This document shows, piece after piece, positions 36,128 to 46,789 of a stretch of DNA of 64,000 bases. The stretch lies in contig BQFW01000002.1 in the NCBI GenBank assembly GCA_020891255.1, forward strand, positions 1,860,001-1,924,000. The letters run 5' to 3'. Source of the stretch: Entomortierella parvispora E1425. Taxonomy: Eukaryota; Fungi; Mortierellomycota. Below the pieces are notes generated by a model. The model searched no databases and was not told the origin of the DNA. It worked only from the letters and a program-made list of their open reading frames with translations. Within the stretch, counting starts at the first letter, position 1; each line of letters starts with the position of its first letter. A program made the translations under genes and the position numbers.

Positions 36128-38344
36128 ATGGTTGTTTGCACAGCTTCACTCTCGACGGCCATCTTGCTCGCATTCCTGGTTGCGAGTGTCTCCCTCCCCA
36201 CCTCCACCTCGGCTGCGACCCTTGTCCAGAACCCACCTTCCGCCAACAGCTTGGGAGGTGCTCACATCTTGCTCGAGAATGATCTCGACTCCAAAACCAC
36301 TCGGTATCCCATCATATTTCTCTCAAAACCCTTATCTTACAATAACAGTCGAGCGGCCTGTGCTACTCTCGGTGAGGATCTCGTTCAATCCTCTGGTTAC
36401 GGCAATTTGACCCGGATCTTGAGCAACACTCCCGTTGCCCAGAATGAAGTCAAGGGTTCTCGCCGTTTTTGGGTTGCCAACAAAGGCAATGACGCTTCTC
36501 ATTGCACAGCCTTTGATCGTCGCGATGGTTCGACAGTTCAGTTGTCCTGTATGGCCAAATTGCCATCCCTCTGCAAGAACTCGGTTGCGAGGACCATGAT
36601 CGGAGCCACGAATGACAAGTCGAAACAGATCACGGTCACCACAGGAAAGGTCGGCACTTATCAAGGGTATCGCGATCAAAACGCCTTTCGATTCTTGGGC
36701 ATTCCTTACGCGCAAGTCCCCGTAGGCAGTCTTCGGTTCGCAGCGCCCAAGCAATGGACCCTCGCTAATCACAAGAACAGTTCCTCCTCAGTCGTGGATG
36801 CGACCGAGTTTGGTCACCCTTGCATTCAACTCCCCTTTGCTGGTTTACCTCCCATCACCGAACAGGAGGAAATTTACGAGCTGGGCGGTACCCCGTCTGA
36901 GGATTGTCTGGTTTTGAATGTTTTCACGCCTACGCTAAAGGCCAACCAGACGAAAGGTCTGCCCGTCATGGTATTTATCCACGGTGGCTCTTTTACCTCC
37001 TACTCGGGAACGATGCCTATCTATGAGCCTGGCAACGTCGTCTCTCGAGGAGGTGTGGTCGTTGTCACCTTGAACTATCGTCTCAGTATCTTTGGCCTCT
37101 TTGAGAACACTCCCGCTATTTCTCGCTCCCAGGCCCCCGGTAACTTGGCTATTAGGGATCAGATTGCGGCCCTACTCTGGGTCCGAGAGAACATTGCCGC
37201 ATTCGGTGGAAACCCCAGTAAAGTAACCATCTTTGGTGAGTCGGCTGGTGCAGTCTCCCTGCGCGCTTTGATCTCTGCTCCTTCAGCCTTTGGTCTTTAC
37301 AACAACGTCATCTCCATGTCGGACCCCATGGGTATCCCTTTCTCGAGCTCCAAGGTTGCGTCTGGTAATTTGGGTGCTGGTACGATGAAGGCGCTCGGCT
37401 GCCAAGCTTCCGATCTTGCTTGTGCGCAAAAAAAGACGGTGGACGAGATTCAGCAGGCTCAGACCCAAGCCATCAACGACACCCTTGCCAAGAACATTTG
37501 GATCCCCAACATTGCCGTCTTTCGTCCGAACGCCGATGGAGAATTCATCCCTGCTGATTTTGCAGACCTGGTCAGGACAGGTCGCTACAACAAGAAGGCC
37601 AACATTCTTTTCGGAACCAACCGAAATGAATATGACCTCTTCACACCAGCGTATTACCCAGATCCAATCCCTTTGACAGCCAACGCGACTCTGGGCCCTG
37701 TGAAAATGTTTCCAGAGGCAAACTGGACTCGAAAACTTTTCGAGAACTCGCCTTATTACAGATTCAACGGCTCTAAGAAAGACACTGTCCGCAGAGTGTG
37801 GTCTCAGGCTGCGACAGACTCGAATTTCGGATGTGCTGTTCAGATGATGACCCGCGCCGTGTCCACCAGCAGCGGCAACGGTGATGGTAAAGTCTACTTG
37901 TACCGAAACGACCACGGACGATCCTGCTTCGTGGTCATGGGTGCCCCCGCCATGCCATTCTGTGTGGGTCAAGTCTGCCACACCGATGATCTCGTCCCAA
38001 CGTTCGCGTCCGGAGATGCATTTGCGGCTGCTGGACAAACTGGAGACGATGCACGGTACGCGCGACAGGTGGTCGATCGCTTCTCGACTTTTGCTAGAAC
38101 TGGAAATCCAAACCCAGCAAAGGGTGCGGCGGGTGCGGCAAGTTCGAACGAGGATCTCAAGGTGCAGTGGCCAGTGTTTGAGACGGCCAGCAGCCCAGTC
38201 TTCCACTTTGACGTGACCAACAGCTCCGTGATTGACAATGCGGACAAGGGAAAGTGCAATTGGATTGCGCAGAATGTCCAATACTACTATCAGATCCACA
38301 GCCCCAACGGCAAATTCGTCCCCATTTATCCTCCAATTGCATAG
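36128..38344 (+). CDS. Secreted type-B carboxylesterase (alpha/beta hydrolase) copy 2, intact, intronless
   Basis: Signal peptide; Cys-containing N-terminal module; FLGIPYA, SEDCLVLNVFTP, MVFIHGG, VVVTLNYRL, WVRENIAAFGGNPSKVTIFGESAGA, GTNRNE, CHTDDL. Confidence 0.92.
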   Translation: MVVCTASLSTAILLAFLVASVSLPTSTSAATLVQNPPSANSLGGAHILLENDLDSKTTRYPIIFLSKPLSYNNSRAACATLGEDLVQSSGYGNLTRILSNTPVAQNEVKGSRRFWVANKGNDASHCTAFDRRDGSTVQLSCMAKLPSLCKNSVARTMIGATNDKSKQITVTTGKVGTYQGYRDQNAFRFLGIPYAQVPVGSLRFAAPKQWTLANHKNSSSSVVDATEFGHPCIQLPFAGLPPITEQEEIYELGGTPSEDCLVLNVFTPTLKANQTKGLPVMVFIHGGSFTSYSGTMPIYEPGNVVSRGGVVVVTLNYRLSIFGLFENTPAISRSQAPGNLAIRDQIAALLWVRENIAAFGGNPSKVTIFGESAGAVSLRALISAPSAFGLYNNVISMSDPMGIPFSSSKVASGNLGAGTMKALGCQASDLACAQKKTVDEIQQAQTQAINDTLAKNIWIPNIAVFRPNADGEFIPADFADLVRTGRYNKKANILFGTNRNEYDLFTPAYYPDPIPLTANATLGPVKMFPEANWTRKLFENSPYYRFNGSKKDTVRRVWSQAATDSNFGCAVQMMTRAVSTSSGNGDGKVYLYRNDHGRSCFVVMGAPAMPFCVGQVCHTDDLVPTFASGDAFAAAGQTGDDARYARQVVDRFSTFARTGNPNPAKGAAGAASSNEDLKVQWPVFETASSPVFHFDVTNSSVIDNADKGKCNWIAQNVQYYYQIHSPNGKFVPIYPPIA

Positions 38345-38471
38345 ACAGAACTCTCGCGAGTGCTAGGTTAAATATGTTTTTATGATTTTGATCCGGAAAG
38401 CAAAATAAAAAGAAGTCTTTTACGCGAGTCTGTCAATCCTAAAAGACACCAAGGTTGCAAATTATACTACT

Positions 38472-41090
38472 TTATGCCCGGTCGTACATGACCTCCAGGC
38501 TGCGTCCTCCATAGATGTAGCCGTTGAAGCGCACTAATGAGCACAAAGGAAACAGAAAAGAGAGGTGAGAAAGAGGGTCGCAGACCTCCTTACATGTGAA
38601 AAGTCACAGAAACAATCAAGTCACTTACCCACGGCCTTATCTGCGGACTCAAAGTGCTCGAACCGAACAATGCCAGAGCCTTTGGAGCGACCACCAGACT
38701 CGAGGATCTCAGTCGTCTTCATGGGTCCACATGACCGGAACAGCTCCTTCAGATCCTGGTTTGTTGTTGTCAATGGCAACTATGATTGGAATGCAACAAC
38801 AGAGTCAATTCGTTGTGGAAACACCATTTCAACAGCAATGACTGTTCATACATCCACAACTCTTTGGTAACTTACGTTGCGAATATAGATTTGGTCCCCT
38901 GAGCCAGCAGCGGGTCCTGACGGGATGTCACCCCCGTAGGCGCTATGACTGGCATGGTGATTTACAGGAGCTGATGGCGTGTAAAGGTCATTGCCGTGGT
39001 GATCACGTCCACCCCTGCTGTCATCACGATAATCTCTGCCATAACCGCCATATGAGTCACCACGGTATGAAGATGGTGGTGGTGGCGCTGATCTTGCACC
39101 TCCGGCTGGGGGTCCGAACTTGTCCTGATAGAATGATTGGCAGTGCACGGATGAGTAACATTTTTTTTAAAAAAAAGAGCCATCTTCCTCCTCCTCCTCC
39201 GTTTCCATATAATATCTGTCGCTCTTTCTGGAATCGAGTCCTTGGTTTCATGCCGTCGAGATATGTCTATTGAACTAGTCGGTCCTGACCACCTGAGACT
39301 GTAGGTCTTCCTAGCTGGATGCCACCATCAAGTCGAGTGATTGCCCAGCTTTCTCAAGCTCCCGCAGCCAACAGTCTTGCATCGTTTGAAGAGATCGGTC
39401 GAAGCATCCTGAACCATTCAAGCCTCCGCTGTCCAGATTCCTGTCAATCTCCATCGGCATGATCATCCACAACAATCAACAATAACAAAAGAACCAATGC
39501 CCACCTCGCGAACTTCGATCCTTCGTCCGTGCCAGTCGTAACCGTTGAACATGGCTACCAGGGTCGAAGAAAACGGTACCGAAAAAAGAGAAGAGAGAGA
39601 GAGACGACCGAATGAAGAATTGAAAGTGGTGTGATGGACAGGGTTTAGTATCCTCGACTCGATCCAGCCTGCATGGTTCCAACCTCCAACCCAGTGCACT
39701 GCAGCGTGAGCCAAGCTCCCAATCCAATGTCCTCCAACGACGACATTAAAACGGTCCCTGCAAGACGACTGCCTTTGGCGACCAGGCGGGTCTCTCAAGA
39801 TCCTTGCAGCAAACAAAAATCATCGCCAAGACCCATTCGGACAACCAATCGAGCCAACAGCAATCACAACAACATCGAAAATAGCAAAATAAAACAACCA
39901 TCAATCCTGCTCTCACGTACAAATAGCCCTTCCGACATCGCGGGAAGATTCAAACGAAACCGTGCCCGAGCCCTTGGAACGGTTATCCCTATTCATAAAC
40001 ACATCAGCGCGATCCACGGGTCCAGCCTTTCTGAAGAAATCCTTCAACTCTCTCCAGTCGACAGAGTAAGGGAGCTAACAAGATGATTGCAAAAGGTCGT
40101 TCCAATGGGGCCGTTAATAATCGTCATCCAACCGTCATTAGGAATAAAGTGGTCTGTGAGCTGTCACAGGCGCTTACGTTTGCGATATAGATCTGACGGG
40201 TAGATCCAGCATCACGACCAGCATCACGACCGGCATCACGACCAGCATCACGACCAGCATCACGACCAAAGTCCCGTCCAGAATCACGGCCAGAGTCACG
40301 GCCAAGGGATCCTCTGCCACCAGAGAAGCCGATCCTAGACTCTGACTCGCGATCCTCGCGAACAAAAATAGGGCGGCCCATCAAGACCACGTCGTTCAGC
40401 TTTCTGATGGCGGTCTGAGCATCCTGAGCACTTTGGAACTCGACCACGCCGCATCCCTTGGAGCGCCCATCGTGGCCCAAGAGAACATCCGCATGAGCGA
40501 CAGGGCCGACTATTGACACAAGGGGGGAACGCAATGTTAAATTAGACTTTGTTACAGACACAGGGTCAATAAGGATAAGGAGAGGATATGAGAGGAGAGA
40601 GCCTGACCCTGCGCGTCCTACTCCACACACTTGTCCACTTACTCTCGCGCATAAAGTCCTTGAGGTGGGTCCACTTGACATCGTAAGACAGGTTGCCGAC
40701 ATAGACACGGCGATCACGGACAGCGCCAGCGCCGGCAGCACCGCCGCGGCCAGGGCTTCTGGATCGGGAACGACGGCCGTTGCGGTCAGAGGCAGAGGGG
40801 CGACGGTCATACTTGTCGTCCTGGGGGTGATCGCGCGAGGAGCGATGGTCTCTGTGCTCGGACTCGTGTCTGCGCTCAGAGTCATGGATGGAGCGGCGGC
40901 CATGAGGGCTGACCTCACGCTTGATGTCGGCACGGTCTCCATGACGCAGGTCCTCATCGGAGCGATGGTAAGAGCCTCTGCGGTGGTGTGATTCCTCACT
41001 GGGACCGTCGTCCATCTCTGCGTCCTGTGGCATCATGAGGTCGATAGTCTCTGCGCCGTCGTGGGCGGGGTTGTAAGGGTGCAGGTCCAT
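38472..41090 (-). CDS. GBP2: GBP2/HRB1 (hnRNP M-like) three-RRM RNA-binding protein
   Basis: Arg/Asp/Ser-rich N-terminus. RRM1 RVYVGNLSYDVKWTHLKDFMR...SKGCGVVEF...LMGRPIFVREDRE; RRM2 IYIANLPYSVDWRELKDFFRKAG...FNGYDWHGRRIEVRE; RRM3 IYIRNLPLTTTNQDLKELF...FNGYIYGGRSLEVMYDRA*. Confidence 0.85.
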
Positions 41091-41355
41091 GGCTGTGAGT
41101 ATAAGAGGGTGAAAGAAGGAGAGAAAGAAAGAAAGAAAGAAAGGAAGGAAGGAGGAGAGGATTGATTGATTGGCAAATGAAAGAAAGGCCGTGTGAAAGA
41201 GGTGTGAGGTGAATGTGAATGGGAAGGGGGGCACAGCAGATGGAGTCACGTGCCGGTATTTACATTTTATTTTTATTTTGTTTTTCTAAATATTTTTTTG
41301 AGGGAAAAGGACACCTCCGAGTGAGTGAGAGAATAATAATAACGAAGAAAGGGCC

Positions 41356-41439
41356 ATTCATTCATTCATTCATTCATTCATTGACTTGCATGCAACTGTG
41401 GGCGTGTGTGTCTCTTCTTTCTTCTCTCTTCTTCTTCTT

Positions 41440-41470
<31 letters not shown>

Positions 41471-41552
41471 TTATTATTATATACATACATCAGCCCAGGA
41501 CATACGATACAAGGACCAGGACTTATTCTCTCTCTCTCACACACACACACTC
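41356..41552. repeat. Microsatellite cluster (ATTC)n, (TTC)n, (TTA)n, (CT)n(CA)n in the GBP2-TRF4 spacer
   Basis: Directly visible tandem runs. Confidence 0.85.
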
Positions 41553-41618
41553 TCCCTCTCTGTACCCCGACTCCTACGCCCTCACGCGTCCTCACCCATC
41601 CATCCGTCGGCCTCTCAC

Positions 41619-44090
41619 ATGGTGAAGAGGGACAAGAACGCCCATCAGTCCAACCACTACAAGGCCACGCACTCCAGTGGCGGAAAGGCAAACAAAAAGT
41701 CTGGCGGCAAAGCAAAGAAAGGCAACAAGTCCATCAACAAGTTTCTCGGCATAGGCAAGCCCGGTCCTCACCTTCTCAAGCACAAGCAGCAACAGAGTCT
41801 CCGCAAAGCGCACGTCAAAGGATCTCCTCGTCAACAGCAAGCTCAAGGTCAAGGTCAAGGACAAGCACAAGGACAGGCAAAACAAGGACAGGGACAGCAG
41901 CACAAGCAGAAACCGCAACAAAGGCAACAGCAAAAGCAAGCCCTTAGTCCAAGAGCCAAACGAGCTGCACTTCTCAAAGCTCGTCGAGAACTGCGCGAGG
42001 AAAAGAATAAGGAAAAGGCATACCATCCCGACATCCATACCAACAACAGCAACTACAGCGACTACACCAACAACAAAAACATTTACGACCGCATGGCCGA
42101 CCACGACCCATCTGGGCCTTCCAGTGCCCCCAAGCAACCGCAGCACCGACATCATTTGCGAGATCCAGTGGCGCATGCTGGTGTCATTGATGTAGATGAA
42201 TACGAGGCCGATCTAGCCTATGTCTATCGAGACGATCCTCGGGAAGTACCTTCCTCTCACCAAAACTCACCATTCGATACGGACGGCACCTCATCAGCAA
42301 TGTCGACCGCCGCATCCACGCCCGAGCCATCGTCCACACTCACTCCAGCAGAGCTGCAACAGAGGCTGGAGCAAAAGAAAAAGAAAAAAGTCGAGCGGAA
42401 GCGGTTACGCAAGCAGGAAAAGGCACGGGTAAAGGCTGAAAGGAAGGCAGAGGCACAGGAAGCCAGAGCCGGGAAGGGTCGATCTGGAAAGGAGATTGGC
42501 GATAATGACTATCTCAGTCCAGTGTTGCGACCGATCGATGCCGAATCGACGTTCATATACGGAGATGCGCCTATCGCAAAGCCAAAGAAGGTCTCAGAGA
42601 CGCCTGAAAAGGATGCCAACCAGGATGGAGAGGGTGAAGATGCTGTTCGGAATGGTGCCGACTTTATTGGATTCGACTTTAGCGATGGTGAAGAAGAAAA
42701 GGAGCCATTACCACCTGTATCTGTATCTATACCTGCTCCTACCCGACCGCACGGAGAGAAGCGAAAGAGGGATTCAGATGACGGCAGTGACGCAGAAGGA
42801 AGTACCGGTCCTCCTCCGGGATGTCCCTGGATGGGTCATCGACAATATTCAAAGATGCCTTCGGTCCCATTGATGCTCACGCAGGAACTCAAAGACTTTG
42901 TTGAATACATCAGTCCTACACGGGAAGAGCATCAGGTCCGAAAGTACGCATTCAGGAGAATCAAGGAGGCCGTTCAACTGCTTTGGCCAGATGCCACACT
43001 GGAAATTTTCGGAAGCTTTCCTACTCAACTTTATCTTCCATCCAGGTAACGGATACAGTACCGACGGATCCAGGTCAATGATATGGGGTTTACAAATTGT
43101 GACCTAACCTGTATGCCGACATTGTTTCCTTTCCTCATTAGTGATCTCGACATTGTTGTTCTGCGAAGACGAGAGTTTGTCAAGAACGACTTGTACCGGT
43201 TGGCATCTCACCTCCGAGAGTGCAAAGTTGCAGAAGAGTTCACAGTGGTCGCCAAGGCTCGTGTGCCTATTGTGAAATGCAGAGAGACTATCAGCAGTCT
43301 GCCCATCGACATCTCGTTCAACATCACCAACGGACTCGAGAGTGCACAAATCGTCAAGAAGTACATGGAGGAAGTGCCGGCGCTTCGACCTATGACCATG
43401 CTGATCAAGCACTTTTTGATGATCAAGGGATACAACGAGGTTTTTAACGGAGGCATCGGTTCTTACACGACCATGATCATGATTCTCAGTTTTCTCCAGA
43501 TGCATCCTCAGATCCAAACAGGGATGATCAATGCGGAAGAAAACTTGGGTGTGCTCCTGATCGAGTTTTTCGAGCTGTATGGGCTGTGTTACAATTACGC
43601 CAAGGTCGGATTGTCTGTCATGGGCGGCGGAGCGTATTTCGTCAAGACAGGACAACCTCAATTCCGGGCAGGTCGACCTGAACTCCTTCTGTCGTCCATC
43701 GATCCAAACGATGTGGAGAACGATACTGCTCGGGGATCTTATCAGTTGAGCAAGATCCGTGAGGTCTTTGTGGGCGCGTATGGATCCTTGACCAACAGCA
43801 TGCAAGAGCGACACCGGACCTTGTTTGGAGGCGGTCAGCGGTCAGATCGGACTAAACACTTTCGATTTGATGAGCACAATCGGGTACCGGCGGATTCGGT
43901 CGAAAAGTCTTCAGGAGTTCATCATGGTACGCAGCTGTCTTTGATCAAGGATGTCATGTCGGTTCCACATGCAGTTTTGCACCATCGTCGTCACGTCGAG
44001 GCTGTGTTTTACGAAGGGAGCTACCAGGATATATTCTCAGATCCCCATGGGCTTTTGGGACTGGATCAAATCGAGGGTCGTCCTTATTGA
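41619..44090 (+). CDS. TRF4: Non-canonical poly(A) polymerase Trf4/Trf5/Cid14 (TRAMP subunit)
   Basis: LTQELKDFVEYISPTREEH...IFGSFPTQLYLPS|SDLDIVV, KARVPIVK, IDISFN, YNEVFNGGIGSY, NLGVLLIEFFELYG, LSSIDPNDVENDTARGSY. One intron about 43046-43141. Confidence 0.92.
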
Positions 44091-44128
44091 ACAGGCCAGT
44101 AACAATAAAAAAAAAAGCAATTCCATAC

Positions 44129-44163
<35 letters not shown>

Positions 44164-44618
44164 GGATCGCATAGCGTCTCGAGGTAGACTGATTGGTCAA
44201 TTAAAAATCATCCCCCCTGTCCTCGCGCAGGTCCTCGACCTGTCTTGATCCTTGTCCTTGTCCTTCTCCTCGTTCAAACCCCTGTTGTTATTCCCGTTCT
44301 CACCCTAGTCTCTTATATCTTCCTCCTGAGTCGCGCCTTCGACTTGACAACAAACTGCAACAGTGTATTAATAGTGCGACGGACATCGGATATGAAAAGC
44401 AGCAGCTTGAAAGGTGAGCTGGGGGAGGGGGGTAAAGAGGAACAAAAGGGTGAAGATGTGCCATAATTCGTTGCCGTCACCCTTGCAAACCAAGCGGCTT
44501 GCTTTGGAATCCAGGCACGTTCTTTATTGCTTCTTGTCTAGAGCACAATGCTATTAGCGAGGTGGGTTATAACGGGCAGGTGGTTGCAGTAGCTGAATTG
44601 GCCATCAAAGGAATAGCT

Positions 44619-44858
44619 TCAAAATTTCGCGCGCGTGTCGATCGGGATCGTGTGAGGCGGAGGAAGATCAAAGCGCACGCAGGGCTTGCCGTCGCAGGCA
44701 GTGTTGGCATCGATGGGTTCGCCAAACATATTGACGTCCCAACCTTGGTCCCAGTTGTCCAAGTCCGGTTCATTCCAGGTTGTTGTTGCGGCCACAGCGG
44801 CACCAGCCAACAAGACGAGCGAGACGACAAAGAGGGCGTTTCTTTGAGCTAGCATCAT
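44619..44858 (-). CDS. Putative small secreted protein (3' structure uncertain)
   Basis: Splice acceptor TTACAG two nt before the ATG. Signal peptide MMLAQRNALFVVSLVLLAGAAVAA, then acidic Trp-rich TTTWNEPDLDNWDQGWDVNMFGEPIDANTACDGKPC. A possible GTGCGC donor after the second Cys would change the C-terminus. Confidence 0.5.
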   Translation of the reverse strand: MMLAQRNALFVVSLVLLAGAAVAATTTWNEPDLDNWDQGWDVNMFGEPIDANTACDGKPCVRFDLPPPHTIPIDTRAKF

Positions 44859-45682
44859 ATCTGTAATAGAAAGTAGGGGCACGGTTGGGTCACTGGTCTT
44901 TAACTCCACAGCTTGCCATGAAGAAAAAGCACTTATTATATACCAAAGATTTGTAAAATATCGAATGATGTGTGATGCCCACGATAGAAAAATGGATGGA
45001 GATATTGGGCTGTGAAAGATGAAATGGAGCAACGACCATGCACCTTGTGCCCATCATAATCATTGAAGTGGTGAGAGGGGAGATGGTAGCACAAGATCGT
45101 TGCCGGTAATAATGTCATGCAAAGTACTAATGTCATGTAAAGCCAAACTGAGAACCATCCATGTTGCAGTCAGCTCTGGCTCGGCGAGGAACGACGTTAC
45201 TCTAATTCGCAGGCTAGAGCTCAAGAGGTAGGCCAGACTGCTATTGAGCCTAGAGGGAACTCAAGGGGTTGGGGGAATGAGGGGTGGACAGAAAAGGGTG
45301 ACAATAACCCAGGGAGTGCAAGAATCCAAGGGCGCAGATCTTTCTCACCTTCCTGTTGTGGTTAGACGCGCCCCCTTGGCTTTGTTCTGTTGTCCCTTGC
45401 AGGTTTTCTGGCAAAAATAAAAAACCAGGGTGGGTGGGAAGAGCACCACCGTGAAAAAGCGAGAACGATCATTGGAGAGAAGATATCAAGGACAACTTCC
45501 CTGAACCCTTTTTTTTTTTTTTTTTTTTACATACACATGCAATGCACATTGGTCAACGGTGCAGAAAAGAAAAGATCGTGAAGGTAAAAGGAGATGAGGC
45601 GATAGAGGAGAGGAGTGGTACGGGTGCAGTTGGAAGAGAGATGGAACCCTTGCAAGTAGGAGTTCATCAATGTTGCTCGACT

Positions 45683-45689
45683 TATAAAA
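45683..45689 (+). promoter_or_regulatory. Candidate TATA box for the small secreted Cys-rich gene
   Basis: TATAAAA about 190 nt upstream of ATG 45875, followed by a pyrimidine-rich leader and a 5'UTR intron 45777-45874. Confidence 0.4.
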
Positions 45690-45874
45690 GATCTCTGTCG
45701 CGTCCCTCTTTCTTGTCCTTCATTCTCTTCCTCCACATCCACATCCAAACACACACCCTTACCTTTACAGAACAATGTAAGCCACCAATATCACAGCCTT
45801 CCTCTGTCCACCATTCCTGCTGTTCTTGCCTTCTGAATTTGTTCTCACCTTTTTTTTTTTATTTCAAAAAATAG

Positions 45875-46237
45875 ATGACCTTCATCAGCTTTAAGACAAC
45901 CGCTACTTTCTGCGCCGTGGCCGGAGCCCTCTTCCAAGTCGTGTCTGGTGCCACCATGACCAACAGCTATTCTTGCGACAAAGCCAACGGTCAGCCCGGT
46001 CTGGATGGCTATGCTTACTTGAACAATATTTGTTCAACCCTGCCATCGGCTTGGACCTCCCATTGCTGCGGGAACAACCTCCTCAAGGCGAATTGTTACG
46101 AGTGCTGGCTGAGATTCGATAGCGAAATTCCAAGCAGCGATTATAATAAACTGGCGGAGTACTGTGAAAAGGTCAAAGGAGGGAAGCTTGTGCTCGGCGA
46201 TGTCTGCAAGAAATCAAACAGCCCTCAACACAACTAG
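45875..46237 (+). CDS. Small secreted cysteine-rich protein (120 aa, 8 Cys in the mature part)
   Basis: Signal-like N-terminus ending ...FQVVSG; Cys pattern C-C-CC-CxxC-C-C; GTAAGC..TAG intron ends immediately before the ATG. Confidence 0.75.
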   Translation: MTFISFKTTATFCAVAGALFQVVSGATMTNSYSCDKANGQPGLDGYAYLNNICSTLPSAWTSHCCGNNLLKANCYECWLRFDSEIPSSDYNKLAEYCEKVKGGKLVLGDVCKKSNSPQHN

Positions 46238-46412
46238 TGGATTCATTCCTCGTCTTCTCAACCCTTATGCGGGTCAGCCAACAATGACAAGTGCATAGAG
46301 TAGAAATAAGTGAACAGCCTATGAACAATATTCATGAACTCTACATGAACTCTGGATTGATCAAGCACTTTTACTTCAATGATTTTGCCGGGTTAATGTC
46401 CGCGGAAACTGC

Positions 46413-46446
<34 letters not shown>

Positions 46447-46789
46447 TCGAGTTCATCGTAGCACTTCAAATGTCTGTTGACCAAGGGAGCCTTGCGTTAA
46501 CCATATTTTCAGTCTTGAGTTGTCTCTTCGAGCCGTGTTATATGAGGGAGGCCGCCAGAGTGCTTTTTGGATCCCTAGATCTAGGCTGATTCCATTGTTA
46601 CCCTCATTTAAATAGGAAGAGCTATGAATTTTTTTTTTATCAAGGCTGGACCCCTTTCCAGTAGAGATTAGGTGACCAACAGACTAGATATTCTTGCTGT
46701 ACCCTCAACACCATTTAGAAAAGATCAGGTATGTATTCGCCATTGCGTTGCATTGTGCCAATGTTGTTCAGATCATCGCGCTTACTTGA

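Noticed and set aside
41219-41947. ORFs with long Phe, Ser, Leu or Lys runs
   Set aside because: Translations of the (TTC)n microsatellite; the real TRF4 start is ATG 41619.
1-44090. Apparent genome-stability cluster (POT1, FAN1, GBP2, TRF4)
   Set aside because: The genes are spread over 44 kb among unrelated housekeeping genes; no evidence of functional clustering.
45875-46444. Retrogene hypothesis for the Cys-rich gene (single-exon CDS with downstream A31)
   Set aside because: A canonical 5'UTR intron (45777-45874) is retained, no target-site duplication was seen, and A-runs are frequent.
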